Shown: piece after piece, positions 49,741 through 59,359 of the stretch | Position numbering within the stretch: position 1 is the stretch's first letter | Layout: each line of letters opens with the position of its first letter | Assembly: GCA_965222575.1 (NCBI GenBank) | Contig: OZ244958.1 | Coordinates: 640,001-704,000, forward strand | Direction of reading: 5' to 3' | DNA length: 64,000 bases | From: Alphaproteobacteria bacterium | Lineage (GTDB): Bacteria > Pseudomonadota > Alphaproteobacteria > G965222575 | Translations under genes and position numbers: made by a program | The notes under the pieces: generated by a model | Told to the model about the DNA's origin: nothing | Database searches by the model: none | The model's input: the letters and a program-made list of their open reading frames with translations, nothing else

Positions 49741-50838
49741 ATGAACAGAAGTGCTAATCCATGGGAAGAGGTATCGTCCTCTCAAGAGAAGAGGTTTGTG
49801 TCTCGTAGGACTTCTTCTGGAGGGGGAGGAGGGGGGAAATTTGGTAAGAATTTGGAAGATTGGGGGCGGAATTTTTTTTCTAATATGACGCCTCGTAAAG
49901 CCATTATGATTGGGGTGGTTGTGTTGGGGATATGGTTAGCGTCTGGTTTGTATCGTGTGTTACCTGATGAACAGGGTGTGGAGCTTCTTTTTGGGCGGTG
50001 GGTTCAGACTTCGGAGCCGGGATTGAATTATCGTTTTCCTTGGCCTATTGGGAGTGTGATTCGTCCTAGGGTGACGCGTGTGAACAAGATTAACATTGGG
50101 TTTGCGGAGAGGGAGACGCGCGCTGGTGATAGGCGTGGTGCAGAGCAAGATGTGGTGGCGGAGAGTCTTATGTTAACGGGAGATGAGAATATAATAGATA
50201 TTGATTTTTCTGTTTTTTGGTTAATTAAGGATGCGGGGAAATTTTTGTTTGAGATTGACCGTCCTGAGGCGACGACAAAGGTTGTGTCAGAAAGTGTGAT
50301 GCGGGATATTATTGGGAAAACGGACTTACAGAAGTCCTTGACGCAGGGGCGTCAAAGTATTGAGGAGGAGGCGCGACAAGGGATTCAAGAGACTTTAGAT
50401 AACTATGGAGCCGGCATTGAGATTACGCAGGTAAAGCTACAAAAAGTTGACCCACCTAACGCTGTGATTGATGCGTTCAGAGATGTTCAGGCCGCTGAAG
50501 CTGATAGGGTGCGGTTGGAAAATGAAGCGAAAGCTTATGCGAACTCTATTATTCCTGAAGCGCGGGGACAGGCAACGGCGGTTGTGAAAGAAGCGGAAGC
50601 CTATCGGGAACAAAAAATTAAGGAAGCGGAAGGGCAAACGCAACGTTATCTCATGGTGAAGGAAGAGTATAAAAAGTCTCCCATTATTACGGTGAGTCGT
50701 TTATATTTAGAAACCATGGAACGCGTCTTCAGTCAATTGGACAAAATTTCTGTTACTGGAGAAGGGGCAGTGGGCGGGCTTCTCCCCTATTTGCCTCTTA
50801 ATGAACTGATGAAAGAGAAGAAGAACAAGGGGCAATGA
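49741..50838 (+). CDS. hflK: FtsH modulator HflK
   Basis: NPW, SGLY.V, MLTGDENI, V.PP..V.DAF.DV, RLYLETME. Confidence 0.95.
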   Translation: MNRSANPWEEVSSSQEKRFVSRRTSSGGGGGGKFGKNLEDWGRNFFSNMTPRKAIMIGVVVLGIWLASGLYRVLPDEQGVELLFGRWVQTSEPGLNYRFPWPIGSVIRPRVTRVNKINIGFAERETRAGDRRGAEQDVVAESLMLTGDENIIDIDFSVFWLIKDAGKFLFEIDRPEATTKVVSESVMRDIIGKTDLQKSLTQGRQSIEEEARQGIQETLDNYGAGIEITQVKLQKVDPPNAVIDAFRDVQAAEADRVRLENEAKAYANSIIPEARGQATAVVKEAEAYREQKIKEAEGQTQRYLMVKEEYKKSPIITVSRLYLETMERVFSQLDKISVTGEGAVGGLLPYLPLNELMKEKKNKGQ

Positions 50839-51728
50839 AACATCCTAAGCTTATTTTTTTGAGTGTATTGTTGGGCGGAGTTGTGGTGATTGCGTCTCAG
50901 AGTCTCTTTACGGTTTATGAGACGCAGCAAGTCCTTGTGTTGCAATTTGGAGACCCTAAGCGCGCGATTTCTAAGTCCGGTCTTAAAGTGAAGCTTCCAT
51001 TTGTACAGAATGTGGTGCGGTTGGAGAAGCGGATTTTGGCGTTAGACACGCCGCCGCAGGAATTGATAGCGTCTGACCAGAAACGGATGGTTGTTGATGC
51101 TTTTGCGCGCTTTCGTATTTCTGATCCGCTGATGTTCTATAAGAGTGTGAATAACCTTGGGCGTGCGGAGTCTCGTCTGAATTCCTTAATGAGTTCTGGG
51201 GTTAGGCGTGTGCTAGGGAAGGAGAAGTTTTTGGATATTTTAGGGAGTGACCGTCAAACGTTGATGCATAAAATTAGGGATAGCGTCAATACAGAGGTGT
51301 TGAAGCTTGGCATGGAGATTGTGGATATACGGATTAAGAGGGTAGACCTTCCGCTGGAAAACAGTCAGGCGATTTATCAGCGCATGAAGACAGATAGGCA
51401 AAAGGAGGCGGCGGAAGCGCGGGCTAGGGGGAAAGAAATCTCCCGAGAGATTCGCGCTGTTGCTGATAGAGACAAAACGGTTTTATTAGCGGAAGCCCGT
51501 AAGACATCAGAGATTCTCAAGGGAGAAGGGGATAAAATTCGGGCGCGGTTATTTAATGAGGCGGCGGAAGACTATCCTCATTTCTTTACCTTCTACAGAG
51601 CCTTAGAAGCCTATGAAGAGTCCATGAAGAAAGAGAATACGACGTTGATTCTCTATCCGGATTCCCCTTTGATTAAGGCCATAGAGAACCTTTTCAAAGA
51701 GAAGACCAACATTGACGACTCCCCTTAA
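50835..51728 (+). CDS. hflC: FtsH modulator HflC
   Basis: LQFG.P, KLPFVQ, D.K...VD, RIKRVDLP, RM..DR, F.FYR.LEAY. Confidence 0.95.
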   Translation: MKHPKLIFLSVLLGGVVVIASQSLFTVYETQQVLVLQFGDPKRAISKSGLKVKLPFVQNVVRLEKRILALDTPPQELIASDQKRMVVDAFARFRISDPLMFYKSVNNLGRAESRLNSLMSSGVRRVLGKEKFLDILGSDRQTLMHKIRDSVNTEVLKLGMEIVDIRIKRVDLPLENSQAIYQRMKTDRQKEAAEARARGKEISREIRAVADRDKTVLLAEARKTSEILKGEGDKIRARLFNEAAEDYPHFFTFYRALEAYEESMKKENTTLILYPDSPLIKAIENLFKEKTNIDDSP

Positions 51729-52216
51729 TGAGCTAGACTGAGCAGGTCTTTTAACAGAATAGAAGCGGCTATAGCGTCTAGGCGTTTTTTGTTTTTCACC
51801 CCTTCAAGGCTTAACAAAGCCTCCTGTGTACTTAGTCGTTCATCTTGTAGATACAGCGGTAAGACTAATCCCTGATTTTGGAGATAAGAAAGCAGGCGGT
51901 AACAAAATTGTCGTACAGTTAAACACTGGCGCCCTTCTTTCCCTGATGATAAAAGAGGATAGCCTACCACCAACCCGCAAGCTTGCCTTTGTCTTAGAAG
52001 ATTTTCTATAGTCGCCGCATCTTCTTGCCAACTCCTCCTTTTTAAGACCGAAAGAGGGAATGGGATACGCAGTGTCAAAGACGCAAGAGCAAACCCAATA
52101 TGGGCTTTTCCATGGTCAATCCCTAAAATGATTTTTTCTCCTTGCCCTGTTTTTAAGCAAAAGGCGATAAAATCTTTGGGGCAGGAAAAGGCTTTGAGAG
52201 AAGAAGGTGATAACAT
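51725..52216 (-). CDS. ruvX: YqgF/RuvX pre-16S rRNA nuclease
   Basis: LGIDHG..HIG.A, VVGYP, DERLST, DAIAA..LL. Start trimmed to ATG 52216 because the ORF-track extension is antisense to gatC. Confidence 0.9.
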   Translation of the reverse strand: MLSPSSLKAFSCPKDFIAFCLKTGQGEKIILGIDHGKAHIGFALASLTLRIPFPLSVLKRRSWQEDAATIENLLRQRQACGLVVGYPLLSSGKEGRQCLTVRQFCYRLLSYLQNQGLVLPLYLQDERLSTQEALLSLEGVKNKKRLDAIAASILLKDLLSLAH

Positions 52217-52319
52217 GTGCGTTACTATAAACTCCTTCCCCTGCAAGTTCAATATAGGGCATATGGTTGATAAGTTCTCTCTTGTCGTGGTACACTTGTG
52301 GGAAGTGAAGGGATGAGGA

Positions 52320-52607
52320 ATGATGTTAACGATAGAACGATTACAGTTTTTGTGTTTTCTTTCGCGTTTGAAGGTGAAGCAGCAACAAGAGGCAGCGCTT
52401 TTACAGAGTCTGGAAGAGATTTTGAAGTGGTCAAAGCAGCTACAGGAGGTCAATACGGAGAATATTGATGAGACGCTTTCGCCCTTAGGGATGACGCTTG
52501 AGATGGTAGAAGATAAGGCGACGAAAGGGTTATCGGAGGGGGAAATATTTGGCAATGCTCCGTTTTGTGAGGCTGGTTTTTTTGTTGTGCCTAAGGTAAT
52601 AGAGTAG
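52320..52607 (+). CDS. gatC: Asp/Glu-tRNA amidotransferase subunit C
   Basis: LSRL, QLQEVNTE, NAP....FFVVPKVIE. Confidence 0.92.
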   Translation: MMLTIERLQFLCFLSRLKVKQQQEAALLQSLEEILKWSKQLQEVNTENIDETLSPLGMTLEMVEDKATKGLSEGEIFGNAPFCEAGFFVVPKVIE

Positions 52608-52611
52608 GCGG

Positions 52612-54066
52612 GTGATGTTATCGTCTTTAGCTCAGGTGGTGGAAGCGCTGAAGGGTGGGCGGCTATCCTCTGAGGAGGTGATAGGGTCTTTGATAGCGGT
52701 AGCCAAGGAGACGCAAGTGTGCAATGCTTTTATCACGCCGACTTTTGAGGAAGCCATGGTGAGTGCACGAAAGGGAGGGATGGAGGAGTGTCCTCTTGGA
52801 GGGGCGGGTATTGGGATTAAGGATGTGTTTTGTAGCCGTGGTATTCGTACGACGGCGGGGTCAAAGATGTTGGAGAATTTTGTTCCTCCTTATGAGTCAG
52901 CTGTTACGGAGAATTTATTGAGAGGCGGGGGCATTTCCTTAGGCAAGTTGAATATGGATGCGTTTGCTATGGGGTCTTCTAATGAAACGAGTTTTTATGG
53001 GGCTTGCGTGAATCCTTGGAGGAGGAATGAGGAAGAGGTAGCCCTTGTGCCGGGGGGGTCTTCTGGGGGGAGTGCTGTAGCGGTGGCAGTTGGGTCTGTG
53101 TTGGCTGCTATTGGGACGGATACGGGAGGGTCTATTCGGCAACCGGCGTCATTTTGTGGTGTTGTTGGGTTGAAGCCAACTTACGGGGTCTGTTCGCGAT
53201 GGGGCATGGTTGCTTTTGCCTCTTCTTTGGATACAGCGGGACCTATGACGCGGACGGTGGAAGATGCAGCGTTGATGTTACAGGTGATGGCTTCTCATGA
53301 TAAACGGGACGCTACCAGTCGCAAAGCGCCTTGGAGGACTTTGTATCCAGTTCCGAAAGGTATTAAAGGGTTGAAAGTCGGTATTCCTAAGGAATACCGC
53401 ATGGAGGAGGTGTTGGAGAAGGATATTATTGTCTTTTGGGACAAGGCAAGGGAGTGGCTTAAAGAACAGGGAGCAGAGATACAAGAGGTGACCTTGCCCC
53501 ATACGAAGTATGCTCTACCGGCTTATTATATTTTAGCCCCGGCGGAAGCGAGCAGTAATCTTGCGCGCTATGATGGCTTACGGTTTGGCTTTTCTTGTAG
53601 GGAAGAGTCCTTAGAAGAGACCTATATCAACACCCGTACGCAAGGCTTTAGTGATGAAAATGTTCGCAGGATTTTAATTGGCACCCATGTTCTGTCTTCA
53701 GGGCAATATGATTTGTATTATAAAAAAGCGCAGAAAGTGCGTAGGGTGATTGCGGAAGAGTTGCGAAAAGTTTTTCAGTCTGTTGACCTTTTGTTGACTC
53801 CCACGACGCCTACTGTGGCTTTTGAGATAGGCTATCAAAGCGATTCGGTTTTAAAGATGTATGGGAACGATATTTTTGCTGTGCCGTCTTCTTTGTCTGG
53901 GCTTCCGGCGATTTCAGTACCTGTGGGTCTTTCTTCTGAGGGGCTACCTGTGGGGTTACAGTTGATTGCGGGAGCTTTTCAGGAGCCGACATTATTAAGA
54001 GGAGCGCAAGCACTGGAGGAAGCGGCCGCTTTTCAAGAGCAGCCTACTCCTTGGTGGAAGCAGTAA
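52612..54066 (+). CDS. gatA: Asp/Glu-tRNA amidotransferase subunit A
   Basis: GGSSGGS, GTDTGGSIRQPA, SSNLARYDG. Confidence 0.97.
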   Translation: MMLSSLAQVVEALKGGRLSSEEVIGSLIAVAKETQVCNAFITPTFEEAMVSARKGGMEECPLGGAGIGIKDVFCSRGIRTTAGSKMLENFVPPYESAVTENLLRGGGISLGKLNMDAFAMGSSNETSFYGACVNPWRRNEEEVALVPGGSSGGSAVAVAVGSVLAAIGTDTGGSIRQPASFCGVVGLKPTYGVCSRWGMVAFASSLDTAGPMTRTVEDAALMLQVMASHDKRDATSRKAPWRTLYPVPKGIKGLKVGIPKEYRMEEVLEKDIIVFWDKAREWLKEQGAEIQEVTLPHTKYALPAYYILAPAEASSNLARYDGLRFGFSCREESLEETYINTRTQGFSDENVRRILIGTHVLSSGQYDLYYKKAQKVRRVIAEELRKVFQSVDLLLTPTTPTVAFEIGYQSDSVLKMYGNDIFAVPSSLSGLPAISVPVGLSSEGLPVGLQLIAGAFQEPTLLRGAQALEEAAAFQEQPTPWWKQ

Positions 54067-54067
54067 G

Positions 54068-55525
54068 ATGGGGTTTTGTCTTAAAGGGAAGGAAGGGCTT
54101 TGGGAGGTTGTTATAGGTCTTGAGATTCATGCTCAGATTACCTCTTCTTCCAAACTTTTTTCACGGGCTTGTGCGAAAGGAGGAGGAGGGGAGGCTAATA
54201 CTGCTATTAGTCTTGTGGATTTAGCCTATCCGGGTGTTTTGCCTTCTTTGAACAAGGAGTGTGTGAGAAAGGGGGTGAGTGCGGCTTTAGCCTTTGGGGG
54301 ACGGATTGCCCCTTATTGTGTGTTTGATAGGAAGAATTATTTTTATCCGGATTTACCGCAAGGGTATCAGATTACCCAGTTATATCACCCTCTGATGGAA
54401 GAGGGCAAGGTACTGATTCCTTGTGAGGAGGGGGGGGTTAAGAGTATCCGCCTTCAACGGCTACACATAGAGCAGGATGCGGGCAAGTTGTTGCATGATA
54501 GAGCCCCTAGCGTGTCTTATGTAGATTTTAATCGGGGTGGGGTGGGGTTACTGGAGATTGTGTCTTATCCGGACTTATCGTCTCCTAAGGAAGCGGCGTC
54601 TTGTGTTGATAAGATTCGGTCAATTTTGCGGTATATTGGGGTTTGTGATGGCAATATGCAGGAGGGTTCGTTGCGTGCGGATTGTAATGTATCGGTACGC
54701 AAGCAGGGGTGTGAGTCTGTGGGGGAGCGTTGTGAGATTAAGAATCTCAATTCTCTTAAGTTTATTCGTCAGGCGGTTTTAAGTGAGGCGGAGCGTCAGG
54801 TGGGTCTGTTAGAGGGAGGGGGCGTAGTAGAGAAACAAACACTTCTTTTTGATACGAAGAGGGGGCAAACGGTTTCTATGAGGTCTAAGGAAGAGGCCTG
54901 TGATTATCGTTATTTTCCTGACCCTGATTTGTTGCCTTTGCCTATTGATTCTGCTTGGGTTGAGGAGTTGCGGTTGAGTTTACCGCCTTTACCTGATGCG
55001 GTGGAGGAGGAGTTACAGGAGAGCTATGGTCTTTCAAGTTATGACGCCACTGTCATAGCAGCACGTAAAGAGGTTGTAGTCTATTATAAAGAGGCGGCGG
55101 CGGGGGGGAGGCACAAGCAGGTAGCGAATTGGATGATATCTGTTGTATTTGGGCGGTTAAAAAAGGAGAAGCTTTCCATTGATAACTGTCCTGTTGTGCC
55201 GCGCGCACTCGCTCGGCTGGTTGAGAGAGTGGAAGATGGGACTTTGTCTACTCCACTAGCGCGGGATGTTTTTGAAGTGCTTTGGCAAGGGGAGAAGGAT
55301 GTAGATGGGGTGATTGACCGAAAGGGCTTACGGCAGCTTTCTGATAGGGTGGCACTTAGAGCTTTGTTACAAGAGGTTTTGGAGGAGAATCCGAAAGAGG
55401 TGGAGGCGATTAAGAGCGGCAAAGACCGTTTGAAGGGGTGGATTGTGGGACAGGCGATGAAACGGACTGGGGGGAAAGCGAATCCTAAGACTTTAAGCAT
55501 TTTATTGGAAAAGCTCTTGCGGTAA
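54068..55525 (+). CDS. gatB: Asp/Glu-tRNA amidotransferase subunit B
   Basis: GLEIH, RKNYFYPDLP, EQDAGK, YRYFPDPDL. Confidence 0.97.
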   Translation: MGFCLKGKEGLWEVVIGLEIHAQITSSSKLFSRACAKGGGGEANTAISLVDLAYPGVLPSLNKECVRKGVSAALAFGGRIAPYCVFDRKNYFYPDLPQGYQITQLYHPLMEEGKVLIPCEEGGVKSIRLQRLHIEQDAGKLLHDRAPSVSYVDFNRGGVGLLEIVSYPDLSSPKEAASCVDKIRSILRYIGVCDGNMQEGSLRADCNVSVRKQGCESVGERCEIKNLNSLKFIRQAVLSEAERQVGLLEGGGVVEKQTLLFDTKRGQTVSMRSKEEACDYRYFPDPDLLPLPIDSAWVEELRLSLPPLPDAVEEELQESYGLSSYDATVIAARKEVVVYYKEAAAGGRHKQVANWMISVVFGRLKKEKLSIDNCPVVPRALARLVERVEDGTLSTPLARDVFEVLWQGEKDVDGVIDRKGLRQLSDRVALRALLQEVLEENPKEVEAIKSGKDRLKGWIVGQAMKRTGGKANPKTLSILLEKLLR

Positions 55526-55532
55526 GGGGTTC

Positions 55533-58088
55533 ATGTCTGTTTCTCGTCTTATTGTGGTAGATTTGTCTTGGCTGATTTATCGGTCTTTTTATGCTTTACC
55601 GCCTATGAGCAGGGCGGATGGCGTTCCTGTACAGGCGGTGTTGGGGGTCTGTAATTTTCTCCACAATCTCCACAGAGACATTGAACGCAATGAAGAGGAA
55701 AAGCTTAAGATGTATGTTGGAGTTGCGTTTGATGATAAGGAAGGGGGCTTTCGGCGCAAGATTTTCCCTGATTATAAGAAGAATCGTGCGGCACCGCCTG
55801 ATGAATTGAAGCCTCAATTTGACCTTGTGGGGCAGGCTGTAGAGGCTTTCGGGTTTGCATCTCTTGCCGTAGAGGGCTTTGAAGCCGATGATATTATTGC
55901 GTCTTTGGTGAAGAAAGCCACGCCGATGACGATACAGATTGAGTCCTCTGATAAAGATCTTTTGCAGCTAGTATCGGATAGGGTTTGGCTTAGAGGAGGG
56001 GAAGGGAAGAGGAGTGATGGGCGGGCGGTGAAGGAAAAGTTTGGGATTGAGCCCTCAGAGATGGTGGATTTTCAAGCATTAACGGGGGATATTTCGGATA
56101 ACATTCCGGGGGTACCTGGTATTGGTCCTAAGAGGGCTGCTGCTCTTATCAGGAAATTTGGCTCTCTTGACGCTATCCTGCAAGAGCAAAAAGAGATGAA
56201 ACACGAAAAGCACAGAGAAAAGATTTTGCAGTATCGGAAAGAGGTTTTATTAAGTCGCGAGCTTGTAACATTACGCGATGATGTGCCGTTGCCGTCTTTG
56301 GATACGCTGGCTTATCGTCCTCCTGATATGACAAAGATGACCTCTTTTTTGAAGCAGCAAGGCTTTATGGGGTTGCTCAGAAGAATAGCGCCGCCGGAAC
56401 TGGTGGCTAGCAATGAAGAGGAAGCACGCAAGACTTCTGTTTGTCTTTTAAGAACGGCTTCTGAACGTGGAAGATTTTTGGAGGAGGTGTATAGCCACGG
56501 GGTTGTGGCGGTTTTGTCTGATAAAAAGGAAGAGATTGTGTTTGCGACGGAGGCGGAGGTTTTTGCACTTAAGGGGGCTGTGCCTGAGGACATAGCCCTT
56601 ATGCTGGAGGATAATAGAGTCGTTAAGGTAGGCCATGGGATAGGACAAGTAGCGACTCTGAAGAATCACCAGATGCGTTCTATGGAAGATATCAGTGTCA
56701 TGTCTCATTGTTTGTGGGCGGGAAAATTTTCTCATACATTGGAGAGTTTACAGGGTCGTTTTCTAAAAAAGGTGTTGGTGGGGAATGATGAGGCGGGACA
56801 GCAGCGCAAGATAAAGGTAAGGGATATTCTCTGTCTTTGGCGCATTCTGTTACGGCAACTGCTGGATAGAGAAAAAGGGATGCTTGTTTATCAGTTACTG
56901 GACAAACCTATGGTGGATATTTTGGTAGACATGGAGCGGTGGGGGGTTGCGTTGGATAGAGGGTGTTTAGAGAGGTTGAAGTGTACACTTCACAAAGCGT
57001 TGGAGAAAGAGGAGAAAGAGATTTTTCGTATAGCAGGCGGTGTGTTTAATATTCGTTCTCCTAAACAATTGGGAGAGGTTCTGTTTGAGAAGTTAGGGTT
57101 TAAGGGGGGCAAACGTCTGTCTTCTGGGGCTTATAAGACTGATAGTGAGGTTTTAGAAGTGCTACGGGATGAGGGTCATGAGATAGGGGAGCGTCTGTTA
57201 GAGTATCGTCAACTGGAGAAATACAGAGGGACTTATGTAGAAGGCTTGATGAAGTGTCTTCAGGGGGATGGCAGGCTTCACACCACTTTTGATTTGACGG
57301 CTGTTGTGACGGGACGCATCAGTTCGCGGGAGCCTAATGTACAAAATATTCCTGTGCGCACGAAACAGGGGCGTGAAATCCGTAAAGCCTTTGTAGCGCA
57401 AAAAGGATGGCTATTGATGGCTGGGGATTACTCTCAGATAGAACTGCGCATCTTAGCCCATACAGCGAATGTCTCCGAGTTAAAAGAAGCCTTTCGAAAA
57501 GGAGAGGATATTCATCAGACAACAGCTCAGGAGCTTTTTGGGTCTGTTACGTTTGAGCGGAGGCGGGCAGCTAAGGCGATAAATTTTGGCATTATTTACG
57601 GCTTAAGTGCTTTTGGTCTTAGTAAACAATTGTCCATTTCTCATCATGAAGCGAAAGAGTATATCACGACCTATTTTGAGAGATATCCCGCTATTTTGGA
57701 TTACATAGAAAGCACAAAAAAGGCTTGTGAGCAGCAGGGATATGTCAGCACTTTTTTGGGTCGTCGTTGTTATGTTCCGGAGATTCGTAGCACTGTGCCT
57801 TGGAAGAAACAGCATGCGCAACGTGCGGCGATTAATGCGCCGATTCAGGGAGGAGCTGCGGATATAATGAAGTGGGCGCTGAGTAAGTTACACAAGGCTT
57901 TAAGGGGATTTGAATCGGCTATGGTGTTACAAGTACATGATGAAGTGGTACTAGAAGTGCCGAAAGAGGAAGTGTCCGCAGTTGCCTCTTTATTAAAAGA
58001 GACTATGGAACAGGTATTGCCCTTATCTGTGCCGTTAGTTGTGAGGGTTAGTGCGGGGGAAAATTGGGGAGAGATGAAAGCGCTTTAG
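55533..58088 (+). CDS. polA: DNA polymerase I (3'-5' exonuclease domain degenerate)
   Basis: EADD, SDKD, GD.SDNIPGV; TGRISS..PNVQNIP, DYSQIELR, KAINFGIIYG, QVHDE. Confidence 0.96.
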   Translation: MSVSRLIVVDLSWLIYRSFYALPPMSRADGVPVQAVLGVCNFLHNLHRDIERNEEEKLKMYVGVAFDDKEGGFRRKIFPDYKKNRAAPPDELKPQFDLVGQAVEAFGFASLAVEGFEADDIIASLVKKATPMTIQIESSDKDLLQLVSDRVWLRGGEGKRSDGRAVKEKFGIEPSEMVDFQALTGDISDNIPGVPGIGPKRAAALIRKFGSLDAILQEQKEMKHEKHREKILQYRKEVLLSRELVTLRDDVPLPSLDTLAYRPPDMTKMTSFLKQQGFMGLLRRIAPPELVASNEEEARKTSVCLLRTASERGRFLEEVYSHGVVAVLSDKKEEIVFATEAEVFALKGAVPEDIALMLEDNRVVKVGHGIGQVATLKNHQMRSMEDISVMSHCLWAGKFSHTLESLQGRFLKKVLVGNDEAGQQRKIKVRDILCLWRILLRQLLDREKGMLVYQLLDKPMVDILVDMERWGVALDRGCLERLKCTLHKALEKEEKEIFRIAGGVFNIRSPKQLGEVLFEKLGFKGGKRLSSGAYKTDSEVLEVLRDEGHEIGERLLEYRQLEKYRGTYVEGLMKCLQGDGRLHTTFDLTAVVTGRISSREPNVQNIPVRTKQGREIRKAFVAQKGWLLMAGDYSQIELRILAHTANVSELKEAFRKGEDIHQTTAQELFGSVTFERRRAAKAINFGIIYGLSAFGLSKQLSISHHEAKEYITTYFERYPAILDYIESTKKACEQQGYVSTFLGRRCYVPEIRSTVPWKKQHAQRAAINAPIQGGAADIMKWALSKLHKALRGFESAMVLQVHDEVVLEVPKEEVSAVASLLKETMEQVLPLSVPLVVRVSAGENWGEMKAL

Positions 58089-58712
58089 GGTAGAAATCAG
58101 AGAGTCTGTACAGATATCCACTTGTGGGAGTGGTTTTGTGTGCGTAGCGTAGAGGGGACGCACCCAAACGGTTTGGAATCCTTGCTGTTTTCCTTCTTTG
58201 AGGTTAGAGGGGTAATCATCAAAGAAAACAACCTGTTCTGGTTGGAGGTGGTAGGTTTGGATTAAGGCTTGATAAGCTTCTGGATAGGGTTTGAAGAGGT
58301 GATTTCTGCTATCAGCTGTACAAAGAGCCGTAAAGATATCGGCAGGTATCTGTAGCTTTTTGAGTACAAGATGGCTATGGGCTTGGGAGCTATTGGTAAA
58401 AATGAATTTATCTCCTTTCAGGGTGTCTATGGCCTTGCCGAGGCGAGGATTGGGTTTGAGCAGGTCGTAATTGACTCCATGAACGATATCCATGAAGGTT
58501 TGGGGGTCTGTGTTGAAGTTTTTGATGAGGCTGTGGAGGGTTGTTCCTTGGTCGAAGGAGGTGTGTAGTTCTTTGGCTTCCTGAAGTGAGAGCTGGCAGG
58601 TTTCACAGATGAAGGTGATGATTTTTTTATCGATTTCTTTGAACAGTTCCACAGAGGAGCAATAGAGGGTATTGTCTAAATCGAAAACCCATGTTTTGGT
58701 GGGGGTTGTCAT
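58035..58712 (-). CDS. HAD-family pyrimidine 5'-nucleotidase
   Basis: WVFDLDNTLY, FTN, KP, FFDD..NL. Confidence 0.88.
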   Translation of the reverse strand: MTTPTKTWVFDLDNTLYCSSVELFKEIDKKIITFICETCQLSLQEAKELHTSFDQGTTLHSLIKNFNTDPQTFMDIVHGVNYDLLKPNPRLGKAIDTLKGDKFIFTNSSQAHSHLVLKKLQIPADIFTALCTADSRNHLFKPYPEAYQALIQTYHLQPEQVVFFDDYPSNLKEGKQQGFQTVWVRPLYATHTKPLPQVDICTDSLISTLKRFHLSPIFPRTNPHN

Positions 58713-59359
58713 GGAGGAGGGGAGGGGAGGTGTGTGAACAAAAGGGCGTTCATTGTGCGTCTTAAGGTAGGTACGCCGATTTTTTCTGTTGCGGAGGAGA
58801 GGTATATGGGAGGGGAGAAAGAGGAGGGGTAGAGGGGTGAAAGGGAGGAGAAGTTTTTTAAGGTACTATGATGGGTAGCGTGTGGAAGTTTATCGATTTT
58901 TGTTAAGATGACTTGGAAGGGGATGGCTTGTTGATGGAGCAGTGTCATGAGGTGATGGTCACTGGGTTTTAGGGTGTGTCTTGCATCTAGGAGTACAAAG
59001 AGGTTCTGGGTGGTTGGTCGTTTGATGAGGTAGTGGAGGATTGTTTTTTCCCACTGAGATTTTTGAGAGGGGTTGACGACCCATCCATAGCCGGGGAGGT
59101 CTACTAGAAAAGCCTTTTGTTTTTGGAAGAAGTTGATACTTGCGGTTCTACCGGGTGTTTTGGAGGAGCGGGCGAGAGATTTTTGTCCGGTGAGGGCATT
59201 GATTAAGGAGGATTTTCCTACATTAGAGCGTCCTAGGAAGGCGATTTCTTTTCCTATTATTGGGGGGAAAGCGTTGGGGGTGAAGGCGGAGAGGAGGAAA
59301 TGCCAGTCGCCTTGGAATTTTTGTTTGTTGGTTCTGGTCACGAGGAATTGAAGCGCCAA
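58709..59359 (-). CDS. engB: Ribosome biogenesis GTPase EngB/YihA
   Basis: GRSNVGKSS, PGRT, DLPGYG, TKID. Confidence 0.95.
   Translation of the reverse strand: MALQFLVTRTNKQKFQGDWHFLLSAFTPNAFPPIIGKEIAFLGRSNVGKSSLINALTGQKSLARSSKTPGRTASINFFQKQKAFLVDLPGYGWVVNPSQKSQWEKTILHYLIKRPTTQNLFVLLDARHTLKPSDHHLMTLLHQQAIPFQVILTKIDKLPHATHHSTLKNFSSLSPLYPSSFSPPIYLSSATEKIGVPTLRRTMNALLFTHLPSPPP

Noticed and set aside
52217-52555. N-terminal extension of YqgF (and similar extensions of thiG, pyrD, yidD, ribB, rho)
   Set aside because: They overlap neighbouring genes or leaders, and family homology starts at downstream start codons.
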